Of a DNA stretch of 64,000 bases, positions 50,240-63,499 are shown one piece after another; position 1 is the first letter of the stretch; each line of letters starts with the position of its first letter. Both the position numbers and the translations under genes were made by a program. The stretch lies in NCBI RefSeq assembly GCF_022045235.1, contig NW_027266275.1, positions 3,844,001 to 3,908,000 on the forward strand. Direction: 5' to 3'. The stretch is from Haliotis cracherodii. Lineage: Eukaryota. Below the pieces are notes generated by a model. The model was not told the DNA's origin, did not search any database, and worked only from the letters and a program-made list of their open reading frames with translations.

Positions 50240-53200
50240 TCAGACTGCTTTCTTGTCATTCATATTATTGTCTATGAGTTCCTTAGCACCTCGTCGTGGA
50301 AACCAGCCTCGAATTCTCTTGGAGGCTGCAACATCAACAGAGCGTCTATGTACAAGTGCAACAACTCATCGAAGTACATCATGAAATCTGGTGATAGGTA
50401 CAAGGTATGAGGCACTTGTGTTAGATCCCTCGGTATTCCATATTGTACCCAACAGTCAAGAAATGATACCTGTGATATGTTTAAATGTAAATACTGTTGA
50501 CCCCTACAAATGTACATGTTGTCGAACAACTACCAGTGTTCATGTACCACACAAAATGTATATGAAATGCCTGATAAACCCTCCTTTTTGTATGGATGTG
50601 TCTCAGTGACCTACATTCTTTAACTTTAACCCACTTCAATGAACAACTAATTATTTCTGTCCTAGTTCAATACAAGGACATAATACTGAAGACATTACAT
50701 ACTACTCAAAAGAAGTTAAGGATCACCTGATTCTTTCATATTACAATAATTAATCTCTCATGCCATGACAGATTAACATTACCAATATGAAAGAATCGGG
50801 TGATCCTAACTTCTTTTGAGTAGTATACTAGTATACTAATACACTCAATAACCATCAGCTGCAATACTTGATCATGTTGATATTTTAATGACTAAAGCTA
50901 CTCACCCACTTTATTCTTGCCCCCGTTCTCCAGCACCTTCGTGCCATACAGCCAGTGTCTGTCAACAATAATGATGTTGTCATCAGAAAATACATAAACA
51001 GAAAACATTTATCCTGTGTGAAATACACAATCATTGCTGTTGCAAATTCATGCTCTTGAAACCACGACAATTCTCATTATGGTAACAGTTCTACTTTCTG
51101 ACCTCAAAACATGTGAAGCGGATGTTAAATCTCTCCATGATAATGGAACAACATGTCTATTAAGACAGCGGAACTTTTATTGTCATGTCAGGATCTTTAA
51201 CAGTAATATGGTCAACAATTACCAGTATAATTCTCGAACTACGAATAACTAAATATACTACTGGTGCATGTAAACTTACCCAACATCAATTTTTACACAT
51301 ACCTCTGAGCTTTATTTACAATGCTATATCACTATCCCCTGTGTTATATGTAATTTGTCACACTTTCTTGGGCTTGACGTCATCAAACTGCAGGCACTTC
51401 AAGTTTATATGCACATGTTTCTATAACGTTTTACAGCAATGCATCATTAATTTATGTGACACTAGCAGTAGGGGTGACTATTGGTCTGGAAATCACTATT
51501 GCGACAACTATTGATATAGCAAGCAACTATTGCTTAAAAAATCGATAGTTTTCAGTGTATCATTTTAGATGGATTTTAGAGTTGAATTAAACCTTGGAAC
51601 TGAAGTTTCCTTTGAATGTGATAACCATAACAACAAATAAAAAGTAAAGTTTGAGATATGACTGACTTGTTTTTTCTCTACCCTAATAATTTAAGAAAAA
51701 GAAACTTCCATGTTACCATGTGTAAATTACTACCACTCATGATCAATAGAAAAACATATTTGAACAGCATTGCATGTATTTTATTGATTTGGTAAATACA
51801 ATCGAAACTATTGATATTCCTAACTCGATACTATTGATCAGAAACTGATTTAACAATCAATTTATTGACTTTAAGTTCTGACCAACAGCAATATATATTG
51901 ATAATTCGATTTATCGTGACACCCCGAACTAGCAGCAGACCAACTAATGTTTCAACTTTGGTACATGTACCGTATATAACCAGGGTACAACCTGGCTGTG
52001 TCTGGGGCACTTGGCTTTCATGTCAACATGCACCTGGTGCAAGTTAAATCCAGTTACTTCAATCAAGCCCTGCTGATGCCTATGAATAATCTGGACCAGA
52101 CAACTGGTGGATCACAGCACGGGTACAATGACATACGACTTTCATTTCATTCCGGCTCCTATGACAAACATGGGTACATGTGTACTTAGCTACTCTCATG
52201 AGGCAATCTTTGTACAGTATCCATGGTAACAGGACATGAAACACTCCCTATTTACAGCTGACCACTTACTTTTTCCACCTTGTGACCATCACTCGGTCGT
52301 TTTCCAGGACGGAGATCCGAGGTTCGTCAGTACATGGCACGAGACAGATGACCCTACATCCTTTAGTGATGGGGAACATGGCTCCGGAGTACGGCTCTGT
52401 TATCACATAGAGCAGGGTGCGATCTCGCTTCTGAGCTTTCTGTTTAATTTGCTCAACCTGCATGAATAAAACACGGAAGTCATATAGCAGCTGACACACA
52501 CTACACCACACTAACAACTGGTGGTGGTGGGACGATACACTGATGCATCTAAGTATCGCTTCACTTCACAAAACAAGTATCGATCACAGTCACACACTAA
52601 GTCAAACATATTGATTTATACCTTAAATGTTTGCTTTAATAACTGTTACATCACACTAATTAATAGTGAAAATTAGTAGGGAAAAAGTAAAAGTTTTCAT
52701 CCATTGCGCCATACTTGACACTGCCAACTATAAATCATCAGTGTGCCAGGTATTTTGCCATCCTGTCTTTGACAATGATGGCTAATGCACCACAGATAAG
52801 AGCACATGCAAGTATTGCGATACTGTAAATCTTGAAATAACACAATCGTGAATTAAATGTGAAAAATGTGAGTTGTCTTTGCTCGTATTAATTAACTTCG
52901 CATTTATGTCTCCAAATGGCTATCAACAATAACATGTCCTCACTGCACACTTTGGAAAGCGGAAATACCGACTTGAATATAAACAGAAACATGGCTTATT
53001 GAGCAGCAGTTGTAACAAGTATATATTACAACCATGCCATTCAAACGATAGGTATTACACAATAGGCTTCCGGTGAGTTATCACTGCTGGGGTCAAGAGT
53101 TCTACCAACTCCTGTCAAGTTTGTTGACACCTTTTCTGCATACCAATCAGTGAACTATTGATGGTTCAATTATTTGATTGCCTTTGAACTTAGTAAACAT

Positions 53201-56200
53201 ATAAACTGTGTGTTGTTTTTACGGAAGTGCTCTTCTCAGTGCTACTAAGCGGTGCTATTTGCTGTTTGATTGGATTAAGGTAAGGATATGTATCATTCCA
53301 CTGGGGATGGGGTGGGGGGAGTCGCAATGATACTGAGTCGCATTTTTGGCTAGGGGTCAGCAGTCGTATTCATTTGGAGATGCATTAATTTCCAGATTTA
53401 CAGTATGTATCAGACCGTGAACAAGGTATCCCTAAGGTATATTGATACGTATCGGATCATACAGTTGGTGTATTGTGCCAGCCCTACTAACATAGTCATG
53501 ATAATGTACATCATTTGATTATACTGATTATAGTTTTCATTGAAAAATGTTTCTGGTTCATCACTCAATTTGTAAGCAGCCCACGCTGGAGTACATCAAG
53601 TGTAATTGTTTGTTATACAGTCAACAGCATACAAGTTGTTAGGGCTGAAACAATACAGCATGGTCATGATACGATGCATATCACGATACATAGGTCACAA
53701 TATAATGCGTATGTCAATATGCATGTTTACGTCAAATCTCATTGAAACTTCTTGACAATAAATATTTCAGAGCAGGTTCAAAAGGGAAAGCTTGCTTTGG
53801 ACACATGTTCGTAGTGGCTATTTTCAGTTGTGAACTTAAATCTCTAAACCCATTTTGCGATATCTGACTGACAAAAAACGCCAGCGGCCATAAACAAATA
53901 GTAAGTAATTCATCTTTTTTTATCAATACAGAAAAAAACGTATCGTGTATCGTATCGCCAGATGAAAACTCACGATGCACCAGTGCACCGATGTCTCGTT
54001 TCACCCCTAGACGTTATAACACTTACAGTGAGAGTGTACTGGTCACATCCTTCCACTACCGTCCATGTTATTCCGTCAGAGATCGGCTTGCCAGTGAATG
54101 TAAACACCTGTTTGAGGTTGTCCCGCCACCCAAGGTCGTACGGATATATGAAGTCCTCCCCCTCGTCCTCCTCACGCTCTCGATCCTCAGCCTGTTTTAG
54201 GAACATCACCTACATAATTTGTATTGTTGCGATACGCCATGTGTGATGCCTTGTATCTGTCCTTGACCTTAGACCACCCTTAATAATACTCAGGGTATTT
54301 TCATTAGTCCACACTACATCTATGTTTCTGAAAACTCTGACTTCTACAGTATTTATGTAGCAAGGGGGACTTGCTATGTCCCATACTAAGTTAGTTCTAG
54401 CAACTTGTAATACCAGTAGTTGCATATCTGAGGTATGTTGACAGTTTCATAATTAGAAGAGAACCACACTTAATAATACTCAGGGTATTTTCTATAGTCC
54501 ACACGACACAAATCATGTTTCATGATTAGATTGTTATTGTTTCCTACCTACTGACCAAGATTACATATTCATCCCACAATCTTGATGACATAAATTAAAT
54601 TGAAGTCCTTACCTTATCTATAATCCAGGATTCAATACCAGTCTCATTTCTCCAAATGCTTTTCATCTGAAAGTAAACAAAGGCTGTTCATTCTGGTAGA
54701 CTGGAGACAAGTTTGCATTGTGTGCACAAATAGATTCAAAGTGCATTAAGTAATCAATCACAGTTACAAGCTTACCAGGGATAAATCTAGGATTCCAAAC
54801 TAAGCATCCTTGGCAGGCAAATTGTGTAAAATCATTACTTTGTTCAAAATTGGGATTTTATTAAAGTTCTTATTTTCCAAATCATGTAAATTCAAAGGTT
54901 CTTTAACATCAAATTTTGACATTTCATCCAATACAATAATGTTAAACGAAGCTTAAAAACCTCTTCCTCTATATTGATTCTGTTATGAGTGAAATGCCAG
55001 TCACCTTACAAAGCCATAACATTAAATATAACAGCATGAACTGGGAAATGTTTAATTCCGAATTGGGAATTTGTACTGACATTTGCTGCACACTTAAGGC
55101 CAAATATTGGCCTCTGAGCAAGTCCAGAAAAATCCATGTTAACCTTTTCAACTTTCTCTGAACATCTTGAGGCAACCTACTATGCCATCTGATCTTTAGC
55201 ATGTTCAACATGTCCAAGAACACTGAACATACACAAACAAAACCTTCCCCTCAGCATGATTAGTGCTGTTGGATTAGTAGGTGTCATTCCCAGATCCCAG
55301 TGATTTATATATTTGTACAAATACTGTGGCATGCCATATATCCAACCCCTGATTCTCGTGTTGTCTCACCTGTACATAGAACAGCATTCCTACTGCGATG
55401 ACAACACCTATAGCCAGCCCCACACCAAACATGGTGAGAACAAAAGCCACGATAGACAGATGTATCAAAGGTTCATCATTCCCATAGTAGTAATAGTAGC
55501 TCTGAAAAACACAAGGAACACAACATCTGCAGTACTTGCCAACATTGTCCATAATTACTCTCCTTACCAAGCCACGACAAAACTACATAGTTTATATAAA
55601 ATGATTTGGAGTGAAAAGTGTGGATGGCATGTGCACTGCACTTTTATAGTGCTTACGGAGTGCTCATAGGGAATAGCATGATGGGAAATCCGATACACGG
55701 AGATTACCGAGACGACATGAACGATTGAAAGGCACGGGCGTCCGTAATTAGGCATTTTGCCTTTAAACAAAATTTAACAATTAAGATAATTAACAAGGAA
55801 TCACTTGAGTGGGTAATTGTATCTTTAACTTTCATGCACAACAATATCAGAATACTCATACACTGTCAGTAATTGACAACTTTAATGTCAACTATTTTGT
55901 GGTCTTGCAAATCTTCATCATGTTTCATCATGTCATATGCCTAGCATGCTGGACAGTTGATGCTAATAGGCTTAGCTACACAAGCATGTACATCAAATAC
56001 ATGTGAAAGGTTCTCTATGATTATTTATGTTAATGACCCGTTCGAACTGTTCAGGAAGGATAAAAAACAGTCAAGCCACTGGATTTATTACAAATTACTT
56101 TAGCCAGTGATGTTATTCAACTGGTCTTTATTAAACCTCTGTTGACACTCTTCAGTTGAAGAATTTTAAGGACTAGTGGAGTCCTTAATTCACTAGACCT

Positions 56201-58851
56201 CAGAGTTTGTAGCTGGTCAAATGTTGCCTATGTTTACATTTTCGGTCAGTTTTATTCAATTCCAATTTGAAGCATATTTGAAGCACTGAGAACTGGTTCA
56301 GAACTATAGCCCTCAATCCTACAAGTCAATGAAGATTACCATCACCAGATTTTTACTTGTCCTCTGCACAATTTCGTAGCCTCAGGCTAGGAACTAGTGT
56401 GAATTTCGAAGGCTGCACTAATCTCGTGAGTTTGCAGAGCTACTTACATAATTTAAAGCTCTGTATATAGATGGTATAAGTATAATGACTGCATGGACAC
56501 AGCCACATGGTGCGAAGAATAGAAACCACACAAAGTTGCCGTGATTAAAGTGACCACAGCAGGTGTTGATCCATGGACAGTGGTGGTCCATTTTCATCAC
56601 ACATCTGAAAGCAAAATTTACAAAACAATTTGTTTAGTTCCAAGTAGGGGGACCTGATGTTACAGAAGTTGTGAACACGGTAATCAAATGGATGAGCAGT
56701 CAGAAAATAGGCAGTTTTACAGAATCCAAGACTGAAGCAGGTAGACTGGGCGTCGGCTTGATGTCATGATTTGTTGAAACTGCCAGCATATCAAACAGAG
56801 AACCCGTTCTGAGGGGAATTCACACGGTACAACAAGTTGTATACAATTTATTGCATGCAACACATTGCATCGCGTAACGTATGCAACTTGTTGGACGAAT
56901 TATTTGAAATAGGACATGCTCTATTTCATGTGACAAGTTGTACGCATGCAGCCAATCACAACGGGTATCACAGTTTGGTGAAAGTGCGGGAAACAGTTAT
57001 TTGGGGAAAAGCATAAGTACAATAAACAACATCTGAAAATAATGTACAATGAAAATATTGCCATTATCACAATTTACCAATTCCCCATTCTCAATGAAAT
57101 TGCTTTTTCGAATAACGGATAGCTACATGAAAAGTACAATTACAAAACTATTGGGTGTCTGCTCTTTGTCCAAACACCAATAACCATTACCAAAAGACAC
57201 CAATAACCCTTTATTCGTGTCCGAAATATTCCGAAAACTCAATACACACAATTCTGTTAGACTGCGAAGTCAGAGGCAGGTCCAGTGTCACGCAACTGCA
57301 ATTGTCGCACAACGTTGACTTCTCTTGTCCTATTTAGCTTATGTGAAAGAATCAGGTGGTCCTTAACTTCTTTTGAGTAGCATAAATTACAGGTGGCATT
57401 GTCATCTAGCACTTGATGTGCATGTGACCTAAAGATCAGATGACATAAACAGTGTTACCTGTTACACTTCCTGCAGTGATGAGATCGAGGGGCTTTGAAA
57501 CCTTCACAGAAATCACAATACTGTAAAAAGTTGATATCATTCTTGTTTTCCTGTAAAATACAAAAGGAATTATGCATAACTTGCATATGTTGTATGCAGT
57601 TTGACATTGCGTAAGTCTAGCGCTGTAACCATGGTGACTATTCACGAGTGGTATTGTAGCAGGACGTGGAGTCATCCCACAGATGGCACCCTTACCGTGT
57701 CAGCTTGCTGGGGCTGAGCACGTTCATATTAAATATGAGCAAAATAAGTCTCAGTACCCTACTATGCGGCCCAGGATGTGCCTACTGCTGACGGGGAAGT
57801 ATGTAGCAGGATGTGGAGTTATCCCATAGATGACATCCTATCCTTGTCAGCTTGCTGACGGGGTTAACCTCTTTGATAATGTGGACAAGGCGTCTGACCT
57901 CTGATCAGAAAGTATGTGGTTCGAATCCCATCACGGGACTGGGAATATTTATGGCCACTACAGTATGGTGCATTGAGATGCTTTGTGGTACAGTAAAATA
58001 ATACAGCAAAATAATACAATCACAGAACATGTATATAAGCAGGACATTTCAATATTGCTTAAAATGATATCACACTGAAATTTTATTGAATGCTTTCATA
58101 TTTTATTTATAAACAAATGATAAATATATATTAAACACATTTCTCCCTATTTCAGACATTTTAATTTTTAAAAGTAAAATAGTAGTTTACTCTGTTATTA
58201 AATGAGGATGCTATGAAACATGTAATCTAAACATTTGAAAGCAGTATGTAAAATGTACTCTGGCAATGGCCATTTCAATTTTTGATATTGGAAACTCTAC
58301 TTTGTTGTAACCAGGAACATGTTGAACATATTCTGTGACAAATAGACCCCTTTGCTGCTCTCAGCTAGTTATTGGTATGTTTAATATTTTGGAGGGGAAG
58401 AGGTTTTAGTTCAGTGTTAACAGACCCATGACAATAGCTCATACTGATACGTATTGTCAAAAACTTGAAATAATTAAATCAAAAGCATTGATAAGAAAAT
58501 TAAGGGGTTTCTCAGAAGTGATGATAATTCAAATCCTCCATGTCACAATGAAACAGTAGCTCTAGGTTTGGGGAATAATTACATATTATTCTTTCCATTT
58601 TGGCTTACCGGTGACCAGTTGAGAGGCACAAATCCTGGTCCCTTCCATGCAGCGTTGAGGTAGTTGTAAAGTGTTAGAAACACCCATATCAGGAACACCA
58701 TGACATTGAGAGCACCTCCAACTGTTGTTATTGGCCACCACATCAATGTACAGTTTAATGCAACTCCAGCAATAGTGAATATAACAGACAGTGCCAAAAT
58801 AGGCCCCCAGTGGAACAATTGCAGCCACGTTCCTGTCCTGTTGAAAGCCAT
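50240..58851 (-). CDS. ZDHHC6: Palmitoyltransferase ZDHHC6, 389 aa
   Basis: Exons 58851-58609, 57550-57459, 56604-56448, 55501-55370, 54666-54613, 54191-54027, 52457-52270, 50958-50906, 50325-50240 (1170 nt, phases match). Motifs HWGP, [59 protein letters not shown], SH3-like WLYG...RGWFPR, C-terminal KKAV (KKxx ER signal). Confidence 0.96.
50700..50825. mobile_element. Small Tc1-type MITE
   Basis: tactactcaaaagaagttaaggatcacc ... ggtgatcctaacttcttttgagtagta inverted termini. Confidence 0.8.
51469..51927. mobile_element. Non-autonomous hAT element with perfect 8-bp TSD
   Basis: actagcag|taggggtgac ... gacaccccga|actagcag. Confidence 0.75.
52519..53486. mobile_element. Decayed hAT-like element with a nested TA-flanked MITE (52823-53403)
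   Basis: Outer flanks ctaacaac/ctaacata with cgatac subterminal motifs. Inner element is TA|ctgtaaatcttgaaat ... atttccagatttacag|TA. Confidence 0.55.
53640..54009. mobile_element. hAT-like MITE
   Basis: tagggctgaaac ... gtttcaccccta termini with repeated cgatac/gtatcg motifs. TSD is degraded. Confidence 0.6.
57860..57940 (+). pseudogene. tRNA(Arg)-like pseudogene or SINE head
   Basis: ggacaaggcgtctgacctctgatcagaa...ggttcgaatccc resembles the tRNA-Arg D, anticodon and T arms. Acceptor stem is not convincing. Confidence 0.4.
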
Positions 58852-60144
58852 TTTCCTTCTTCACAACAGTGTTGATTTGGTGTGAACGATGAAGCGACTG
58901 CAAACTAAGTTGCCTCCCTTTTATCAGAATACGGACCGAAAGCCAGGCCACATAAAGACAAATATCACTGCGTATCTATGTTGAAATGAATATCAACTTT
59001 TAATATTGACCATCAGCATCAATCATTCAGCTTCCTCGTAACTATGATTTCGTGAAAGGGGGAACTTCATAACACAATTACGCATTTAGCCAAAGCATAA
59101 ATATAAGTGTACATGGTCATGTAATTGTGAGATACCCCCTGGCAAACACGACACCATTCGTGCGCTAATGGTTTCATCAAGACATAAACTGCACTCTCTG
59201 AAGCTTAGCTGTGATCCTGGATTTCGACCTTCACCTTCGACGGATTACCTCCCCGTGGGCTGTTTTCTAAACGACAGATAATAGCTTAGCATGAACGTTC
59301 TCTTCCTGTTCTGTACATCGATTATTACCGGGTGGCTTTTAAGACGGGATTATTCGTCCAGATTGAACAGATGTTGGTTACTCGTGCGATATTTCTGATT
59401 CAAAGAGACAGTGGGTATCACAGTTTCGAATTGATGTCTACGCCAGCAGAAAAGCTTTTTTTCTAACAATATAAGAAAGTTACTGTCATTGTTTTGGAAA
59501 GTCCTTTGCATGTATCATACGTGGTTGTCCATGTTGGGTGACATCAATCTAGTTTAATCAGAACGTTTACTCCGATACGAAACCTCTCTCCGTGAAGAGG
59601 TGTCGAGATTAAGCTACAACCATGCTAAATATTTTCAAAGATAAAATTCTTAATTTCTTTTATTTTTTTTAAATGGAGATCGTCTCAACCGGAAATGGTA
59701 TAAACTTCGTAATTAGTATAATACGAGGAAGCGTCACGTTGTCTCTGTGTCATTAGATCAATCAACATAATAAAAGTCCTAAAATAACTATTGCGTTCAG
59801 TTTGGCATGACATTGTATCAAAACCTTCAAATTGAACACAAACAAAGTAGGTATAAATTCCCGTTGAACTGGCAGACAAAGAAGGTTGATTGATCAAAGC
59901 TAGTTCGTATCAAGGTTACATCCTTGATCTGTGACGACCTTGGTGAGACTGAGCGAATGACTACTTTAAACACGATGCCGTTGGAAGTACAATCCCAATG
60001 ACTCATTCTGTCATTGGATGGGACAGTTGCTGGTCATACGGTTGCACCTCTTTGGGATAACTTGAATAAATTGTAAGATTTTGTAACTAATGTTATATTT
60101 AAAATAACACTTTCTTCGTATAGTACAGATTCTCGTACTTTTTG

Positions 60145-60250
60145 GGTTGAGTCACGACCGGGATTCGAACCCACACTGTGTTAGGGACCTAATCGCCAGC
60201 ACACAAAGTCAGCGATCAAACCCGCTCAGCCACCGAGGCTTCCACAAAAC
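60145..60250 (-). mobile_element. tRNA(Leu/Ser)-like head of a repeat
   Basis: Reverse complement reads gcctcggtggctgagcggg...gtgggttcgaatcccggtcgtg (A and B boxes, no clean cloverleaf). Confidence 0.45.
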
Positions 60251-60344
60251 AGAAAGTCCGACAACTGGTAGTCTTGCCATATCCTTTTCACCAAAGGGTT
60301 TGATGTTCGCCCCAAGAACAATAATATTGCCTGCTCTCTTCTTT

Positions 60345-60522
60345 GGGAGGTCTCCCGTTTCTACTTGTAGTGCTTCTAGTGAAGTGCCTGTTGCTGCACC
60401 TGTGGCCAGCATTAGGGCGTTGTATTGTATTCTGTCGAGGCGGCTTAAGACAGTATTTGATGCTGAGTGAAAGGCCTCACAACCATAGTCTATTTTTTAT
60501 CTGATAAGTGATTTGTAGAGGT
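60345..60522 (-). mobile_element. LINE (I/Nimb-like) ORF2 fragment downstream of RT
   Basis: LYKSLIR*KIDYGCEAFHSASNTVLSRLDRIQYNALMLATGAATGTSLEALQVETGDLP matches the I-clade LY..L+R..+DYG...L+.+Q..ALR...GA...T....L..E pattern. Confidence 0.75.
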
Positions 60523-60527
60523 CCAGC

Positions 60528-61010
60528 CATCTTCCTGAGGCAAGGGAGTTAACTTACCACAAAAGTCCAGTTTCCACCCTTGCCGAACGAGGCTGAAATT
60601 CCTGGTCCCGATCGTAGTGCCACCATGCCTCTCCTATGGAGCAATCAGATTCTACCTCCCGGATCACTTGCATTGGCTTTGGCGCCCATTCAGGACGATC
60701 TGATCTATAATCAAGATCAATATTGTAATAAAACGGGTCTTACATCGCGAAGTGCACCAAATCACGTGAGCACCTTGATTAAAAACATGAAAAGATTAGG
60801 AAAACATCTGTTGACAATGAATTGGCGGTGCACATGCTTTACAAATCCTGCAATAGACCGAAATCTGCATGACAGTTTACGAACCTGATTTCGATTTCAT
60901 TGCGCTATTGTGATTGGACTATGCATAAATAGACTCGTTAGTCCAGCCAATATGTAACTCCATAATTCCAGCCTAGTTCGGCAAGGTTGGATACTGGACT
61001 TTTATAGCCA
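60528..61010. mobile_element. Second copy of the long-TIR MITE (inverted relative to 8477), right TIR truncated
   Basis: Reverse-complement match along the whole of 8477-9021. About 28 terminal nt are replaced by the satellite. Confidence 0.88.
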
Positions 61011-63499
61011 GCCCCATCACCCTACCTCGTCAGCATCACACACCAAGGCCCTACCAGCCACCAGACTGCTCACCAAACCAGCCCCATCATCCATCCTCGT
61101 CGGCATCCCATAGGCCCTACCAGCCACCAGACTGCTCACCAAACCAGCCCCATCATCTATCCTCGTCAACATCTCATATCAAGGCCCTACCAGCCACCAG
61201 ACTGCTCACCAAACCAGCCCCATCATCCATCCTCGTCAGCATCCCATACCAAGGCCCTACCAGCCACCAGACTGCTCACCAAACCAGCCCCATCATCCAT
61301 CCTCGTCAGCATCCCATACCAAGGCCCTACCAGCCACCAGACTGCTCACCAAACCAGCCCCATCATCCATCCTCGTCAGCATCCCATACCAAGGCCCTAC
61401 CAGCCACCAGACTGCTCACCAAACCAGACCCATCAACCATCCTCGTCAGCATCCCATACCAAGGCCCTACCAGCCACCAGACTGCTCACCAAACCAGACC
61501 CATCATCCATCCTCGTCGGCATCCCATATCAAGGCCCTATCAGACACCAGACTGCTCACCAAACCAGCCCCATCATCCATCCTCGTCGGCATCCCATAGG
61601 CCCTACCAGCCACCAGACTGCTCACCAAACCAGCCCCATCATCAATCCTTGTCGGCATCCCATACCAAGGCCCTACCAGTCACCAGACTGCTCACCAAAC
61701 CAGACCCATCATCCATCCTCGTCGGCATCCCATACCAAGGCCCTACCAGGCACCAGACTGCTCACCAAACCAGACCCATCATCCATCCTCGTCAACATTC
61801 CATACCAAGGCCCTAACAGTCACCAGACTGCTCACCAAACCAGACCCATCATCCATCCTCGTCAACATCCCATACCAAGGCCCTACAGGTCACCAGACTG
61901 CTCACCAAACCAGCCCCATCATCCATCCTCGTCAACATCCCATACCAAGGCCCTACAGGTCACCAGACTGCTCACCAAACCAGCCCCATCACCCATCCTC
62001 GTCGGCATCCCATACCAAGGCCCTTCCAGCCACCATACTGCTCACCAAACCAGCCCCATCATCCATGCACGTCAGCATCCCATACCAAGGCCCTTCCAGC
62101 CACCAGACTGCTCACCAAACCAGCCCCATCATCCATGCACGTCAGCATCCCATACGAAGGCCCTACCAGCCACCAGACTGCTCACCAAACCAGCCCCATC
62201 ATCCATCCTCGTCGGCATCCCATAGGCCCTACCAGCCACCAGACTGCTCACCAAACCAGCCCCATCATCAATCCTTGTCGGCATCCCATACCAAGGCCCT
62301 ACCAGTCACCAGACTGCTCACCAAACCAGACCCATCATCCATCCTCGTCGGCATCCCATACCAAGGCCCTACCAGGCACCAGACTGCTCACCAAACCAGA
62401 CCCATCATCCATCCTCGTCAACATCCCATACCAAGGCCCTAACAGTCACCAGACTGCTCACCAAACCAGACCCATCATCCATCCTCGTCAACATCCCATA
62501 CCAAGGCCCTACAGGTCACCAGACTGCTCACCAAACCAGCCCCATCATCCATCCTCGTCAACATCCCATACCAAGGCCCTACAGGTCACCAGACTGCTCA
62601 CCAAACCAGCCCCATCACCCATCCTCGTCGGCATCCCATACCAAGGCCCTTCCAGCCACCATACTGCTCACCAAACCAGCCCCATCATCCATGCACGTCA
62701 GCATCCCATACCAAGGCCCTTCCAGCCACCAGACTGCTCACCAAACCAGCCCCATCATCCATGCACGTCAGCATCCCATACGAAGGCCCTACCAGCCACC
62801 AGACTGCTCACCAAACCAGCCCCATCATCCATCCTCGTCGGCATCCCATAGGCCCTACCAGCCACCAGACTGCTCACCAAACCAGCCCCATCATCAATCC
62901 TTGTCGGCATCCCATACCAAGGCCCTACCAGTCACCAGACTGCTCACCAAACCAGACCCATCATCCATCCTCGTCGGCATCCCATACCAAGGCCCTACCA
63001 GGCACCAGACTGCTCACCAAACCAGACCCATCATCCATCCTCGTCAACATTCCATACCAAGGCCCTAACAGTCACCAGACTGCTCACCAAACCAGACCCA
63101 TCATCCATCCTCGTCAACATCCCATACCAAGGCCCTACAGGTCACCAGACTGCTCACCAAACCAGCCCCATCATCCATCCTCGTCAACATCCCATACCAA
63201 GGCCCTACAGGTCACCAGACTGCTCACCAAACCAGACACATCATCCATCCTCGTCAACATCCCATACCAAGGCCCTTCCAGCCACCATACTGCTCACCAA
63301 ACCAGCCCCATCATCCATGCACGTCAGCATCCCATACCAAGGCCCTTCCAGCCACCAGACTGCTCACCAAACCAGCCCCATCATCCATGCACGTCAGCAT
63401 CCCATACGAAGGCCCTTCCAGCCACCAGACTGCTCACCAAACCAGCCCCATCACTCATCCTCGTCAGCATCCCATACCAAGGCCCTATTAGTCACCAGA
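61008..63499 (+). repeat. 70-bp satellite (~35 units) with 626-bp higher-order repeat, derived from a Penelope ORF
   Basis: Period is 70 nt. Identical ORF starts at 62065, 62691 and 63317 are spaced 626 = 8x70 + 66. Confidence 0.95.

Noticed and set aside
58586-58951. 121-aa ORF overlapping ZDHHC6 exon 1
   Set aside because: GTG start in an alternative frame of a real exon, with no recognisable features.
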